This document shows, in pieces, positions 36,616 through 49,410 of a stretch of 64,000 nucleotides of DNA. This DNA is from Narcine bancroftii (lineage: Eukaryota): the NCBI RefSeq assembly GCF_036971445.1, contig NW_027211833.1, forward strand, positions 1-64,000, given 5' to 3'. The notes beneath the pieces are model-generated. The model did not search any database. It was not told where the DNA came from and worked only from the letters and a program-made list of their open reading frames with translations. Each line of letters starts with the position of its first letter. Position 1 is the first letter of the stretch. The position numbers and the translations under genes are program-made.

Positions 36616-37663
36616 CAAGCGCTGAAGAGCTGGCTCTGAATGGGCAACTAAAGCGGCATCGTCTGCAAAGAGTAGTTCACGGATAAATTTCTCTTGTGTC
36701 TTGGTGTGAGCTTGCAGGCGCCTGCTTTGCGGAAACTGCCAAAATGCTTGGCCTGGAAGTCAGCCTGAAGAAAACTGAGGTCCATCAGCCAGCTCCCCAC
36801 CATGACTACCAGCCCCCCCACATCTCCATCGGGCACACAAAACTCAAAACGGTCAACCAGTTTACCTATCTCGGCTGCACCATTTCATCAGATGCAAGGA
36901 TCGACAATGAGATAGACAACAGACTCGCCAAGGCAAATAGCGCCTTTGGAAGACTACACAAGAGTCTGGAAAAACAACCAACTGAAAAACCTCACAAAGA
37001 TAAGCATATACAGAGCCGTTGTCATACCCACACTCCTGTTCGGCTCCGAATCATGGGTCCTCTACCGGCATCACCTACGGCTCCTAGAACGCCTCCACCA
37101 GCGTTGTCTCCGCTCCATCCTCAACATCCATTGGAGCGCTTTCATCCCTAACGTCGAAGTACTCGAGATGGCAGAGGTCGACAGCATCGAGTCCACGCTG
37201 CTGAAGATCCAGCTGCGCTGGGTGGGTCACGTCTCCAGAATGGAGCACCATCGCCTTCCCAAGATCGTGTTATATGGCGAGCTCTCCACTGGCCACCATG
37301 ACAGAGGTGCACCAAAGAAAAGGTACAAGGACTGCCTAAAGAAATCTCTTGGTGCCTGCCACATTGACCACCGCCAGTGGGCTGATATCGCCTCAAACCG
37401 TGCATCTTGGCGCCTCACAGTTTGGCGGGCAGCAACCTCCTTTGAAGAAGACCGCAGAGCCCACCTCACTGACAAAAGGCAAAGGAGGAAAAACCCAACA
37501 CCCAACCCCAACCAACCAATTTTCCCCTGCAGCCACTGCAACCGTGTCTGCCTGTCCCGCATCGGACTTGTCAGTCACAAACGAGCCTGCAGCTGACGTG
37601 GACTTTTACCCCCTCCATAAATCTTCGTCCGCGAAGCCAAGCCAAAGAAGAAGAAAGAAGAAG
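36616..37663 (+). mobile_element. RTE-clade LINE with 5' inversion
   Basis: 36616-36720 is antisense RTE, the remainder sense; TSD AGTTCAGGCAA at 36608-36618 and 37664-37674. Confidence 0.92.
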
Positions 37664-38339
37664 AGTTCAGGCAATGAACTTTAAAAGGCTGTTTGATCAA
37701 AGTAAATATCTTAGTCAAGCCTGATCATCCAAATTTTTGCACAGAAAATTACCAAGAGTGCAGTTTTCACCTCTTGATAATTTTATGTACACAAAACAGG
37801 AGGAAAATGTGTGGGAAATAAAATGGCTGTTTATCTTGCCCTTTTGCTGGTGGTCAGATAAAAGTTCACATTCAATCCTAGTGTTCAGACGAGCACCCAG
37901 AGGAAGCACAACTGTTTAGGGTGCAAATGCTACTTCGTAGATTTGTGATAAAATGTTTTTTTTTAAACAGAAGTCACTCCAAACCTGCTCCTTAATTTAG
38001 AATGCTGACCCTCAAGTAAATTGTTTCGTCTTAGCTGGTGCGACATGCAAATCATGGAATAAAAAGTGGAATTGGCATGGATTAATAAACTCTAGGTGAT
38101 AACTTTCCCCGGAGTCCATTTCTGACTATGTAGCAGGAGAATGTGAATGGGGAGAATTTGCTTTTTAAGCAAATCAGCTCAAGGTCTGATCAGTTCACTT
38201 CAGCAGACTAAACTGCCAGCACTGAAATCTCAGGTTCTAGCAAACTTGGTTTGAGAAGATAGAATACAATGGGTTGACCATTTTTAAAGACAAGACAGGA
38301 TTCCTTTTTCTAGAATGACCTATATGAACCCAGAAGTAA

Positions 38340-38810
38340 ATCACAAAATTCTGTAGACTTTGTGGGGTTGAACTAAAAGCACAAAGTGTTGGAGAAGCTC
38401 AGCAGGTCGAACAGTGTACAGTCCCACCCAAAACACCCCGAGATTGGAGGAATAACACCTTATTTTCTGTCTGGCCCCCTCCACCCAGATGGCATGAACC
38501 TCGACTTCACTGCTTTTGATTAAACCTGTCTGCCTTTTCTTTCCCCTGCTCCCTTTTCCTGTCTTTCCAGTTATTTTACCCACACACCCCATCCCCCTCC
38601 ACCCCATTGATGCTGTCCCCTCTCTCCTTTCTCCATCATCTGCCTTCCTCCTCCTCCTCCTCCCCCCCCTCCCATTTTGTTTGGGTTTGCTGGCATTCTC
38701 TCATACTTTGAAGGGCTCAAGCCAGAAATGTCCATTGCCTATCTTTGTCTTTGCTACATAAAGGACACTGTTTGACCTACTGACCTTCTCCAGCTTTTTG
38801 TGTTTTTATT
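38340..38810 (+). mobile_element. Penelope-like terminal fragment
   Basis: GAGGAATAACACCTTATTTTCTGTCTGG...GAAGGGCTCAAGCC...TTGACCT pattern shared with 42550-43260. A further remnant lies at about 39780-40320. Confidence 0.55.
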
Positions 38811-39108
38811 TCTATGAACCTCGAGTACACGGGTCTCCAATGCAGCTGCAACTTGAAACTGGTTAACGAGGAGGGGCATCAGCTGGCACATGATCAATGA
38901 ATTCAATGAAATGAAAATCAGCCAGACTGGGACAAACACTGCTGGATGACTAACTCACCCACATACAGTTTGTCACTGCCCATTGAGTGTTGCTGTTCAA
39001 ATTGGTTACTGCCATTTCCACATGGCTTTGCAGCATAAATCAAGGAGAGCATATTTATGCCACATTTGCAAGCATATCTTCTGACTATTTGTTGTTTTTG
39101 TGTTGCAG

Positions 39109-39264
39109 GATAAAGCTTCTCTAAGGGATGAAACTCTGCAATATGCATCTGTTAAGTTTAACAATCCTCCAAAGGGAACTCAAAAACAGAATTTGAGAAC
39201 ACCAGAGGAAACCTTTGCAAAAGAATATGCTGTTTTAAAGGTCAAAGATAAAAATAATCTATGA
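39109..39264 (+). CDS. VJ-C1-ITIM receptor, exon 6: terminal exon with ITIM and ITIM-like motif
   Basis: Strong acceptor GTTGTTTTTGTGTTGCAG; phase 0; DKASLRDETLQYASVKF...AKEYAVLKVKDKNNL*. Confidence 0.85.
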   Translation, partial: DKASLRDETLQYASVKFNNPPKGTQKQNLRTPEETFAKEYAVLKVKDKNNL

Positions 39265-40921
39265 AGAGCCTGTACATACTACCACAGTTAGCATTTGCAC
39301 CACATCAAATAGAATATAAACAGCTAATTACCATACAACCACAAATTCCTCTCTAAAGCAATTTATATAAGACCTGAGAAACCAAAATGAAAGAAGGTGC
39401 CATGGCTTCCAAAATCTATTCCTCCATTCAATATGGTCTTGGCCAATATCATATGTCCAGCTCAGTTCATACATCTGCTAATTTCCAAAAGATCAGATAA
39501 GTGAGAAGAAGTGAGCAATTTGGCTCCACCATTCCATCATGAGCTGATCCATTCTCCCACTCCCCTTCTCCTGACTTCTCCCACTCCCCTTCTCCTGATA
39601 ACCTTTGATACACTGACTATTCAGGTAGGACTCAAAACCTAGAACTCAACAACTGAATTTTGAGGTAGAAAATTTCAAAGATTTACAATCTGTTTTGTCA
39701 ATGTCTTTCTTTCTATCTCAATTCATAATGACTGACTCCATATCTTGAATCTAGTGGTGGACTCTCCAGCAAAAGGAATTTGCCAGGCACCTATGCTTTT
39801 ATGTAGGTCAAAACTTGAGCTTCATATAGCCAACCATTTTAAGTCTACCATTTGTACAGTGACACATCAGTCTTTGGCCTCATCCATTGTCAGGGTGAGG
39901 ATAGAAGTAAACCTGAGGAACAACACAGCATATTCCTCATGGACATCAATAAACCTAACGAACTGAACATTGATTTTTTTTCTAACTTTGAGTAACACCC
40001 ACCCTCATCTGATTCCATTGTTTCAATTTCTTCTTACCCAGTACTCAATTTTTTCACTCTCTTTACCTTTTCTTCCCCTCCATGTTTTCTCCGGCCTGTC
40101 CCTCTCTATACCTTCTGACCCATACCCTATCACCTCTTCCCAGCTTCTTTCCCCCCATACATGTGTAATTTTACTTTTTTATCTTGATCTTGATATAGGA
40201 TTTTGACTCAAAAGGTTATCTGCCCATTCTACTCGTGGATGATCCCTGACCTGCTGAGTTCCTCCAGCAATTCTTTGACTGAGCAAGATTCCAGCATTTG
40301 CAGCTTTTGTGTTTCTCATCTTTTGGTATCTGTCCTGTTTCTTTCTCTCAGGAGCTCATCTTTCATTCTGCCAAATACACATGAGTAAAGACTCAATCTC
40401 CCTTCATTGGGCCACTCCTTCCTCCCAAGAATTAATTTAGTGAATCTATGATGGACTGACTCTGAGGTCGATTTAAACCTTCTTTGATAATCAAACTAAG
40501 TGGTTCAAATGTTGTTTTAAGGTCATAAGACGAGCTCACTTTTGCACTCCAACCTCCTTGCAATGAAGTCCAGTTTCCCATCTCAGAAATCAATGGCACC
40601 AATACTTTTCACACAAATGATTTTTAGCTTCTGTGCATTTTAAAAAAAATTGGCCAAGGATTTATTGTCCCTTCCGTCCTTATCAACATGACCTATTCAG
40701 CACCATTCCCCGTCTCACCTTCCTGCACCTGAACACATCTTTATGTAGCAGTTTTTGGTAGTGATGTTGGCTCTGACCTGGTCAGTAAAGACCTGTGCAA
40801 CATAAACCTCTTCAGCAAATTCAGGTATCTGGGGTGCAGGATTAAATCAGCCCTGACCACAGGAATGTTTTGACAGCCATCCAAGCATGTGCACAGGAAA
40901 AATCAGCAATTTTAAACACCT

Positions 40922-42240
40922 TGTGACAAATTGTGTTATATTTAATATTGTACATAGATATGTTTTATAGGAGATAAATTGTGGCAGGTTTTTAATGTAG
41001 GTCATGTACAAACACTTCAAAACAGATCTCGTTTAAAATGCTTAAGTTCTGCTCAAGCCAAACAGTTCAGGCTCTTGGTGCCTTTGCACAAACTTTGAAG
41101 AATGCCTATAAGGACTTCACAAGTAGATGTGAATTGGACATGCTGTGGAGTAATGGATTATTGTTTTGGAATGCAACAGATGAACGAACTTGGAAGATTA
41201 GGTCCAGAGCCGGGGTCTGTTCTAAGAGGGTCATATGGTTTTCTCTGTGTGTGAGAGAGAAAATTCAGTTCTACAGGCCAGCAGCAGCAGCTGGGACTGG
41301 AACATGACAAGCTGGCAAGCTTGTGGAAAAACCCCATCTGGAAGATGGGTTGCGAGTTCTTAGTTCAGCCTGGTCAAAGCCCTTGTGGTCCATAGAAGAG
41401 GAGAGGACTGGCTGCATAATGTTTCACTTGAAATAAGGGAAACAAAAAGGAATTCTGTGGTGACCTTAAAGAAAGAGGTTATTATTTGGAAAACCCTGAG
41501 GGGGCAAGTTTCTTTGGCAAGACACTGAAGTGGCTGATCAGAAGGAATCAGTTGTGGGTGTCCGATGAGCAACAAATCTCTCTGAAAACTGACAAAAACT
41601 TCCTGAGCTGTAACCATTTACCTTTTAAGCACCAAAGCCTGATGAAATTCATAAATGTTAAATTCTGGACACAGAAGCATTGCTTGCAGCCAGTGAACTT
41701 GGAGGAGTGAGAAGTGAGATTGGACTGTGAATCAAAGAACTTTTCTGAATTTGTATACACATTACATTACATAGACCACCGCCAGTGGGCTGATAACGCC
41801 TCAAACCGTGCATCTTGGCGCCTCACAGTTTGGCGGGCAGCAGCCTCCTTTGAAGAAGACCGCAGAGCCCACCTCACTGACAAAAGGCAAAGGAGGAAAA
41901 ACCCAACACCCAACCCCAACCAACCAATTTTCCCTTGCAACCGCTGCAATCGTGTCTGCCTGTCCCGCATCGGACTGGTCAGCCACAAACGAGCCTGCAG
42001 CTGACGTGGACTTTTTACCCCCTCCATAAATCTTCGTCCGCGAAGCCAAGCCAAAGAAAGAAGAAGACATAGACAAGTGCTTAGAATTAGAAGGGGGTTA
42101 AGTAAGTTAATAGTAATAAATTGGGGTTTGATCCTGTTTTCATGTTTAAAGATAATTAAAAGCAACTTTTGTTTAAGTAACCATTTGTCTTGGTGAATTT
42201 CTATTGGTACTGGGTTTTGGGGTCCTCTGGGCTCATAACA
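40922..42240 (+). mobile_element. Solo LTR, family B
   Basis: TGTGACA...CATAACA ends, flanks ACCT/ATCT, AATAAA. Confidence 0.8.
41777..42066 (+). mobile_element. Short 3' RTE insertion within the LTR
   Basis: Essentially identical to the young RTE 3' end; TSD ACATAGAC (41769-41776 / 42067-42074). Confidence 0.92.
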
Positions 42241-42549
42241 ATCTAAAACATCAACATTTAAAATAGAGCCAGAATTAATTAAAAGAATTGTAAATGACCA
42301 GAAAACAGTCTTTCTACCTCAGAGCTATACCTCCCAACTGAAATTAAGTGAGTTGTGGAATCTGTGCCAGGTCTAACCTTTATGTACAGTTAGCCAATTT
42401 TGCAATGTAACTGCTGGAGAACTGCAAGAAGTTCGTACTTCATTGTGAAGGATCCAACATTATGGAGCAGCAGGGATTAGCTGGGAGGCAGCTTGGCACT
42501 ACAGCATTCACCCATCATTGATCAGTCAGGGCATTTCTCTGGAAGTACC

Positions 42550-43260
42550 TCCCTTGGCCATTCATCCTTTCCCATTAATCCCCCCCTTGGCACCTTCCCC
42601 TGCGGCCACAGAAAGTGCTACACTTGCACCCACACCTCCCTCACCATGATTCGGTGCCCCAAACTGTCCTTCCAAGTGAAGCAACACTTCACGTGCATCC
42701 ACGGGAGTCCTCTATTGTATCCAGTGCTCTGGTTGTGGCCTTCTCTATATTGGAGAGACTGGACGCAGACTGGGAGATACTTTGCTGAGCACCTTTGCTC
42801 TATCTGCATCAGTGACAGGGATCCCCCAGTGGCTAACCACTTCAATTCTGCGCCCCATTCACATGCTGATATATCTGTCTATGGCCTCATGTACTGTCAA
42901 ACCAAGACCACCCATAAATTGTTCTTTCAATATTTTCCATCTGGGCATTCTCCAAACTGATGGCATTATCATGGACTTCTCTTGTTTCTGCTAGCTGACT
43001 CCCTGTTCTTTCTCTCTTCCCCATCCCTCTATCTTTTTTCCTCCAGCTCTCCACCTCCTTCCCTCCCATTCACAGAGCCTTCCCCTCTCCTGCTGCCTAC
43101 TAATGTGCCTTCCCTCCCTTATCCCCCTATGAATGCCTGACTATGTGACTGCGCCTTTTCCTGCCCCTCGACCCCACTGTTTTGTTTGGCTGCCTCCTCA
43201 TACCTTGATGAAGAGCTCAAGCCCAAAATATTGGTTATGTATCTTTATCTTTGCTACATA
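42550..43260 (+). mobile_element. Penelope-like element fragment (GIY-YIG endonuclease region)
   Basis: CGHRKCYTC...YIGETGRRL (frameshifted)...FAEHL...PVANHFNS..H. Confidence 0.8.
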
Positions 43261-45379
43261 AAATAGTTAATCTCATTAATAAATATATTTTTGATTTAAT
43301 AATAGTTCTTTACAGTTCTCTTTTTGATTCAGGACAAATCAAAGAACAGAAAAAAATATACAAACAGGAGTCGACCATTGCTCCCTTTGTACATACTCCC
43401 TATTTAATAAGATCGTGGCTGATTGTTTATCTCACCAGCCTGTTGATTGAGCTTTTATAATCCCCTTGAATGGTTGATTGTGTATCTTTCACAAGTTACG
43501 TACAATCAAGTTTAATATTGATGCTTTTTTTAATTTAAGTTTTCCTATCAGTGGATATAGGAAGTCAGTGGAAGTCAGACTGTGAAGCTAATTTTCACTT
43601 AGCAATCATTAGTTAATGGAAAATAACACTGCAATACTTCGTATTATTGAGAACTGTATCTGTCTGTAAGATCTGAGGTGAGACGATGTTGAGACCACAC
43701 CTTTGAAAACACACCAGACATTTCAAAAAAATTTACACAGAAATCAGTTGAAGATACTAAAATGTATTTTGCAATCTCGCTCTACTTGTCACCACATCCT
43801 GCTCCCAAATACCAGCATGTACAATACATCAATTTTAAATGTTATTTTGAAGGATGCTCAGCTGCTATCAGGTGAACTTTTCCTGTACATTTGGAGATAG
43901 CCGCATTGGTGTTTCAAGCTCTTTTTTGCTTGAAGGAGTCAGGTGTGTTTAGAGTTTTCCCCCATAAACCCTTTGTTTCCCATTGAACTGAACAAATTTT
44001 TCAGGTGATTGGAACGTTGACAGATAAAATTCAATGAGGAAAGTGGAGCATCTTACTTTACAGATGCTGGCAGAACTATTAAATAAATAGATTAAAACCA
44101 GCAGGGATTAAAGGATATATAGACATATCTGAGACAGAAGTATTATCTTTTCCAATTTGCACCTGTATTTCTTTCTCCACTTTCCTCAACTACCTTTGTC
44201 CCCCTTTAAAATGTGATGTGACCTCTGCTTCATTTATTAACTCCCATTGTGAATTTCACAGCCTCACAAACTTCTGGGTAAAAATGTGTTCCCACTCTTC
44301 TGTTGTAAAGATCTAACTTTCGATTTTTATTTATAGATTGCTCAATCATATCCTCCTTGGTTTATTTTCTCATAAACTTAAATAGCTAATCCAACATTCT
44401 GTTTTAATAAAAGAAGCCCCATTTTCAGGCATTCTGCACTTTTAATATGTACATATACTAGTCGATGTCTCAATGAATTTCTATGGTATCAATATCTTGT
44501 TCCCTGCACACCTCAACTACCCTGAGTACTTCAGCCATAATCTTACTGTGCTTTTGACACTCTCCACCTATTCTGTATTGTGCTTCTCTGATAAACAGAA
44601 ACCAATATACTTCCTTGCATTACATTATCCACACGAGGTTAGTTTACAAACTCGACTCTCTCTACATCTTCAATGGTTGATGAAAGGAAAATTATGATGT
44701 GTGCGCTGTTGGAGATGAAAACAAGTGGATTGAAGCTGTTCAGATGCTGCATCAATCATCAATCTTCTTGACTATGGAGCAGCAGGTTCAAGGAAATAAA
44801 TGATATCACAGGATCAGAGTTTGAAAATTAGCTAGCTGAATCACCACCAAATCTAGATAGGTTGGTGAGATGCTTGCCATTGGTCACATGGTATTTTAAG
44901 ACTGGCCACAATGCCTCCTAAATGTGAACGGAGTGTTCCTGCCGAATTTACAAACTCAAACAGCACTACTGAATATTTGTGTGTTGCTGTGAAGCCTCTT
45001 CAGTACTTATATGACCCAAGCAGGTTTGTCTGCTGGGCTTCTGCCATCTGCATCTATCTCTTGCTGATGTCTCTGGTTTCTCTCTGTGTTGCTCTCTCAG
45101 TACAAATCTTCAAGCAATATTTCTTAAGTCTGGAACATGTGACAATACCTCCTCGAAAGAAATGTGCTCACAAATCCACTCCATTCTCCCACCCCTATAT
45201 ATTTTATTCACAATAAATTATTTACACAATAAGAAAACTGTTCAAGACTTTTTAGATTCATAATGTCAGTCATATCTATACATTCTCATCAATGTATATT
45301 TTACATTGTTCTCTCAATATTCCATTTTTTGTTTCTCCCCCTTCCCCTGTGGGTTGAGAGGCTTCCTCTCAGTCTCAGT

Positions 45380-48300
45380 GCGCAGTAATTGGAAGACTCT
45401 AGACTGTGGACCTTCCCCACAGCGCACTTGCGTTGTCTCACCAAGCCTCAGTGCGTCCCTCAGCACGTACTCCTGCAGTCTAGAATGTGCCAGTCGGCAA
45501 TGCCTGTACTGACATCACAATGTGCTGATGAGGAAAGGGCAAAGTGTATCTTTCACCAAGTCGACTGTCTTCCTGCAGTTCTGGACTTTGGACTCATACC
45601 TGGGAACAGCCCATAGATCAGAGAATCCTATATCACACTGCCGCTGGGGATAAGCCATGACGAGGACCCCTGTATCCTTCTCCACACACTCTGTAGATCT
45701 GCATTCAGCAAAGAGGTGGGCAACTGCCTCCACTCCACTGTAGCTATCCTAAGAACAACATGTGTGGAGTGTGATATTCTGTTTATATTAAAAAGGATCT
45801 GACCACCAACCTGATCAAGTCCTGGTGTTTGTTTATGAGCCCTGGCACCAGATGACCTGGACAGTGTGCTCAGGGAATCATCCCACCAGATCCAGCAAGT
45901 CCTCATCACTCAGTTTTTGCAGGACATTCTATGCTGACCACTGCCTGAGGTCAAAGGTTTGATCTAGAAAAACTTACATGAAGGATAGGTGGGTGTGGCA
46001 AAGTCCAGCTGACTGGGACATTATGCAGTACCAGGGGCAGGCCAATCCTTTGCTATACCTGGGATAGATAGAACCTCAGCACAAGGTGGCACTCAGTCCC
46101 CTCATTCTTTGTTTCCATGCACAGCCTGATGCAGCCACACTCAAAGGTGGTCATCAGGATGAGGGCCACGTTGGTATGCCCTTGCCCCAATTGTCTGGCG
46201 ACTTGTACTTGGTGCTCCTTTGGACCCTATCCATTTTTGATCCCCAGATGAATTGGAAAACTGTCTGGAAACTGCCAGGGTGGAGATGCAGGGGATGGGG
46301 CACACCTGTGCTGTGTACAGCACTTTGCATCTGATAACCAGGTTCTTCCCTGTTATTGAAAGGAAGCACCCCATCCACAGGCCCAATTTTTGGTGAATCT
46401 TTGTGATCTTGTCCGACCAATTTTTGTTGCAGGCTTCAGACCCTCCAAACCAGATTCCCAATATCTTCAGGTGGTTAGATATGACTGTGAAGGAGATTCT
46501 GGACTGGTCAGGCCAGTACCAAAGAACATTACCCCTCTCTTCTTCTGGTTTACCCTGGCATCTGATGTGGACTCAAAATGCCGCATATGCTGGTCAGTCT
46601 CCAGACCAATCATGTGTCTAAACAGAAGACAGTAACACCATTCAAATACAGGAAGGCCTTGACCTGAGTGCCTCCACTGCTTAGCAACATTACTCCTCTT
46701 ACACCCTCATTCATCCTGATGGATTCAGCAAATGTCTCTCTGCAGCACACAAATAAGACTGGAGACAATGGGCAGCCTTGCCTAATTCCAGACGATGAGA
46801 AAGCTGTCTGTTTCCCACCCATTGATTTGGGCTGCTTTACAGATGTCTGTGTAGAGCAGTTCAATCCAATTCTGGATTCACTCCCCAAAGCCTAAGTTGG
46901 AGAGCACGTCCATCACGTCCGTGTGCGTTATCCAATCAAAAGCCTTCTCCTGGTCTAAGCTGACCAGGCAGATGTCCTACCCTTTGTCCTGCACATAGGT
47001 GATGATATCCCTGAGCAGTATGAGACTGCCAGAGAAATAGGAAGAGAAAGTTAATGCAGCTAAATACACAGTTAAAGAGATGGTGCAGGAGAGAGGGCTT
47101 CATGTTTCTGGACAATTGGATTTTGTTCCAGGGAAGGTAGGACCTGTTCCGATGAGATGGTTTGCCCTTGAACAGGAGGGGGACTAACATTCTTGTGGGT
47201 ATGTTTGCTATTGCTGCTCCAGGGGTTTAAATTAGATTTACAGGGGGATGGGAATGTTAGAGCATATAGCGAGGTGGAGGAGGATAAAGGACATGCAAGG
47301 AATGCATGTATAGACAGAAATCAGAGGTTCTTACATGATAGAAATGTTCTCAGATGCATCTATTTCAATGCAAGGAGTATTGTCGGTAAGGCAGATGAGC
47401 TTATGGCGTAGATTGGCACGTGGGATTATGACATTTTTGCTATTAGTGAAACTTGGTTGCAGGAGGGGTAGGACTGGTAGCTCAGTGTTCTGGGGTTCCA
47501 TTTTTTCAGATGTGGGTGGGGGTGGGGAATGATGAAAGGGGGAGGAATGACATTACTAGTCAGGGAAAATATCACAACTGTACTTGGTCAGGACAGGTTT
47601 AGGGGGAACATGAGGGGAAGCTTCTTCACTCAGAAACTGGTGGGAGTGTATAATGAGTTGCCATCTGTTATAACAAATGCAGACTCGATTTTAAGTTTTA
47701 AGAATAAATTGGATAGTTACATGGATGGGAGAGGAATGGGAACAGGCCATTGGGACTAGCAGAAAAATGATCAGCACAGACTAGAAGGGCTGAATGGCCT
47801 GTTTTCTGAGCTGAGGCATTCTATGGTTCTATGATCCTAACCATGCAAGTTTAGTCTGGGTGGATTACCTGCCCTATTGCAGACTTGACTTGATGGGCGA
47901 CAGCCTTGGACAGGATTTTGCAGTCAACGTTTAGCAATGAAATGGGTCTCCAATTCCTGACATACTCCTTCTCCCCCTTCTGTTTGAAGATGAGGACGAT
48001 GATGCCCTTCCTCAGAGAGTCTGACATTCTTCCTAACAGGAGCATACTGGACTACTTCCAGCAGGTCTGGGCCCACCCATTACCAAAGAACCATCGAATA
48101 GGCTATTACTCTGCCAGTAGGCCATTGTTTCTGGTGTCTTACTTGACCTAAAGGAATGGATGGAGTCCATCAGCACCCTCAGAGTAATTGGCTGATCCAG
48201 ACATTCTTGCTTGCTGTATTCTAAGGCCTTTGTGACAAAGGACAGAAAGTTTTGGGAGGTCATTCTGTCTGTAGCCTTAGCATCATTTATGGCGATCCAT

Positions 48301-49410
48301 CCTGTAGGATGATGATGGTTCCTTTCAGTCAGTTTGTGAGGATTGATATCTGCAACCTGCAGTGGTTGTACAGGCCCATCTTTGTTGGGCTCTGCTTGCC
48401 ACATACTTGGCAGGTGAGGCTTGGTGGGGCAACAGGGGTAGAAGCTTTGTTGTGGCGCTACCTGTGCCTTTCCTCTATTGCCTCTTTGAACGTGCTCAGC
48501 AGCGTCCACACCTTTTCGGATGGGCCAGATCTTCCCATGTTGATGGGCAATGTCATCTTTCTTGAGGCTCCTGTGCAGAACACCTTTGTACCGTAGTCGC
48601 TGGCCTCCTCGTTTATGGCTACCACTGGACATTTGGCTGTACAAGATGTCCTTGGGCAGTCTTCCGTCAGGCATTCTGAAAACATGTCCTACTCAGTGCA
48701 ATTGGGCTGACATCAGCAAGGTTGAAACCGATGGCATTCCAGCTCGAAAAAAGACCCCAATATTAGAGAGCTCGTCTTGCCAGGTGATCTTCATCAGGAA
48801 ACATAGGTGACGTCGCTGCAGTTGGTCAAGCTGACGGAAGTGACTCTGATATGGACACCATGTCTCACATCCATAGAGCAAGGTTGATATGACAATGGCC
48901 CTGTCCACCTTGCGCTTGGTGGCCAACCTGGCGTTCAGTGACCAAACCTAATCTTTCAGCTGACCAAAGGCAAAGCAGGCCAGGATTGGCTGAGCCATTC
49001 GATCTTAACCAGGTGGGCTGCAGCTGCACTCCACCTGCAGAATTGCTGTGTATCCTTTTCTATCTCCATCAGGAGTTTGGAGGAGCTGTTGGCATCCCTG
49101 GATTGTCCAGCCAATATCAATGATGCAGTTGAAGTCACCGGCCTGGACGTCACTAGCCTCTCATTCCATGCAGGTGAGGCATACACATTGATCAGCCAGA
49201 GTGGAGTGTCGTGGTACTTCAAGTCTACCATCAGGAGACGTCCCCTAACCACCTCCTTAACTTTGGTGATTTCAGAGTTGCCTCCTCTCAGCAAGATGCC
49301 CAGACCAGATGTGCGCCAATTGTTTCCCACCACCCCCCACACCTCCTGGCAATACAGACAACCTCCATTAGTTTCTGAGGTCTGGTAACCAGCACACCTG
49401 CAGGAAAATC
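45380..49410 (-). mobile_element. Fragmented Tx1/L1-clade LINE with nested CR1 (about 47030-47830, +) and an older RTE-like insert (about 48290-48935, -)
   Basis: GLGILL..GRLLMVD..LINVYAS; NWRPISLLNVDCKILSK; GIRQGCPLSP; EAVAHLFAEC. Nested RTE: LLYGCETW, MPDGRLPKDILYSQ. Confidence 0.8.
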
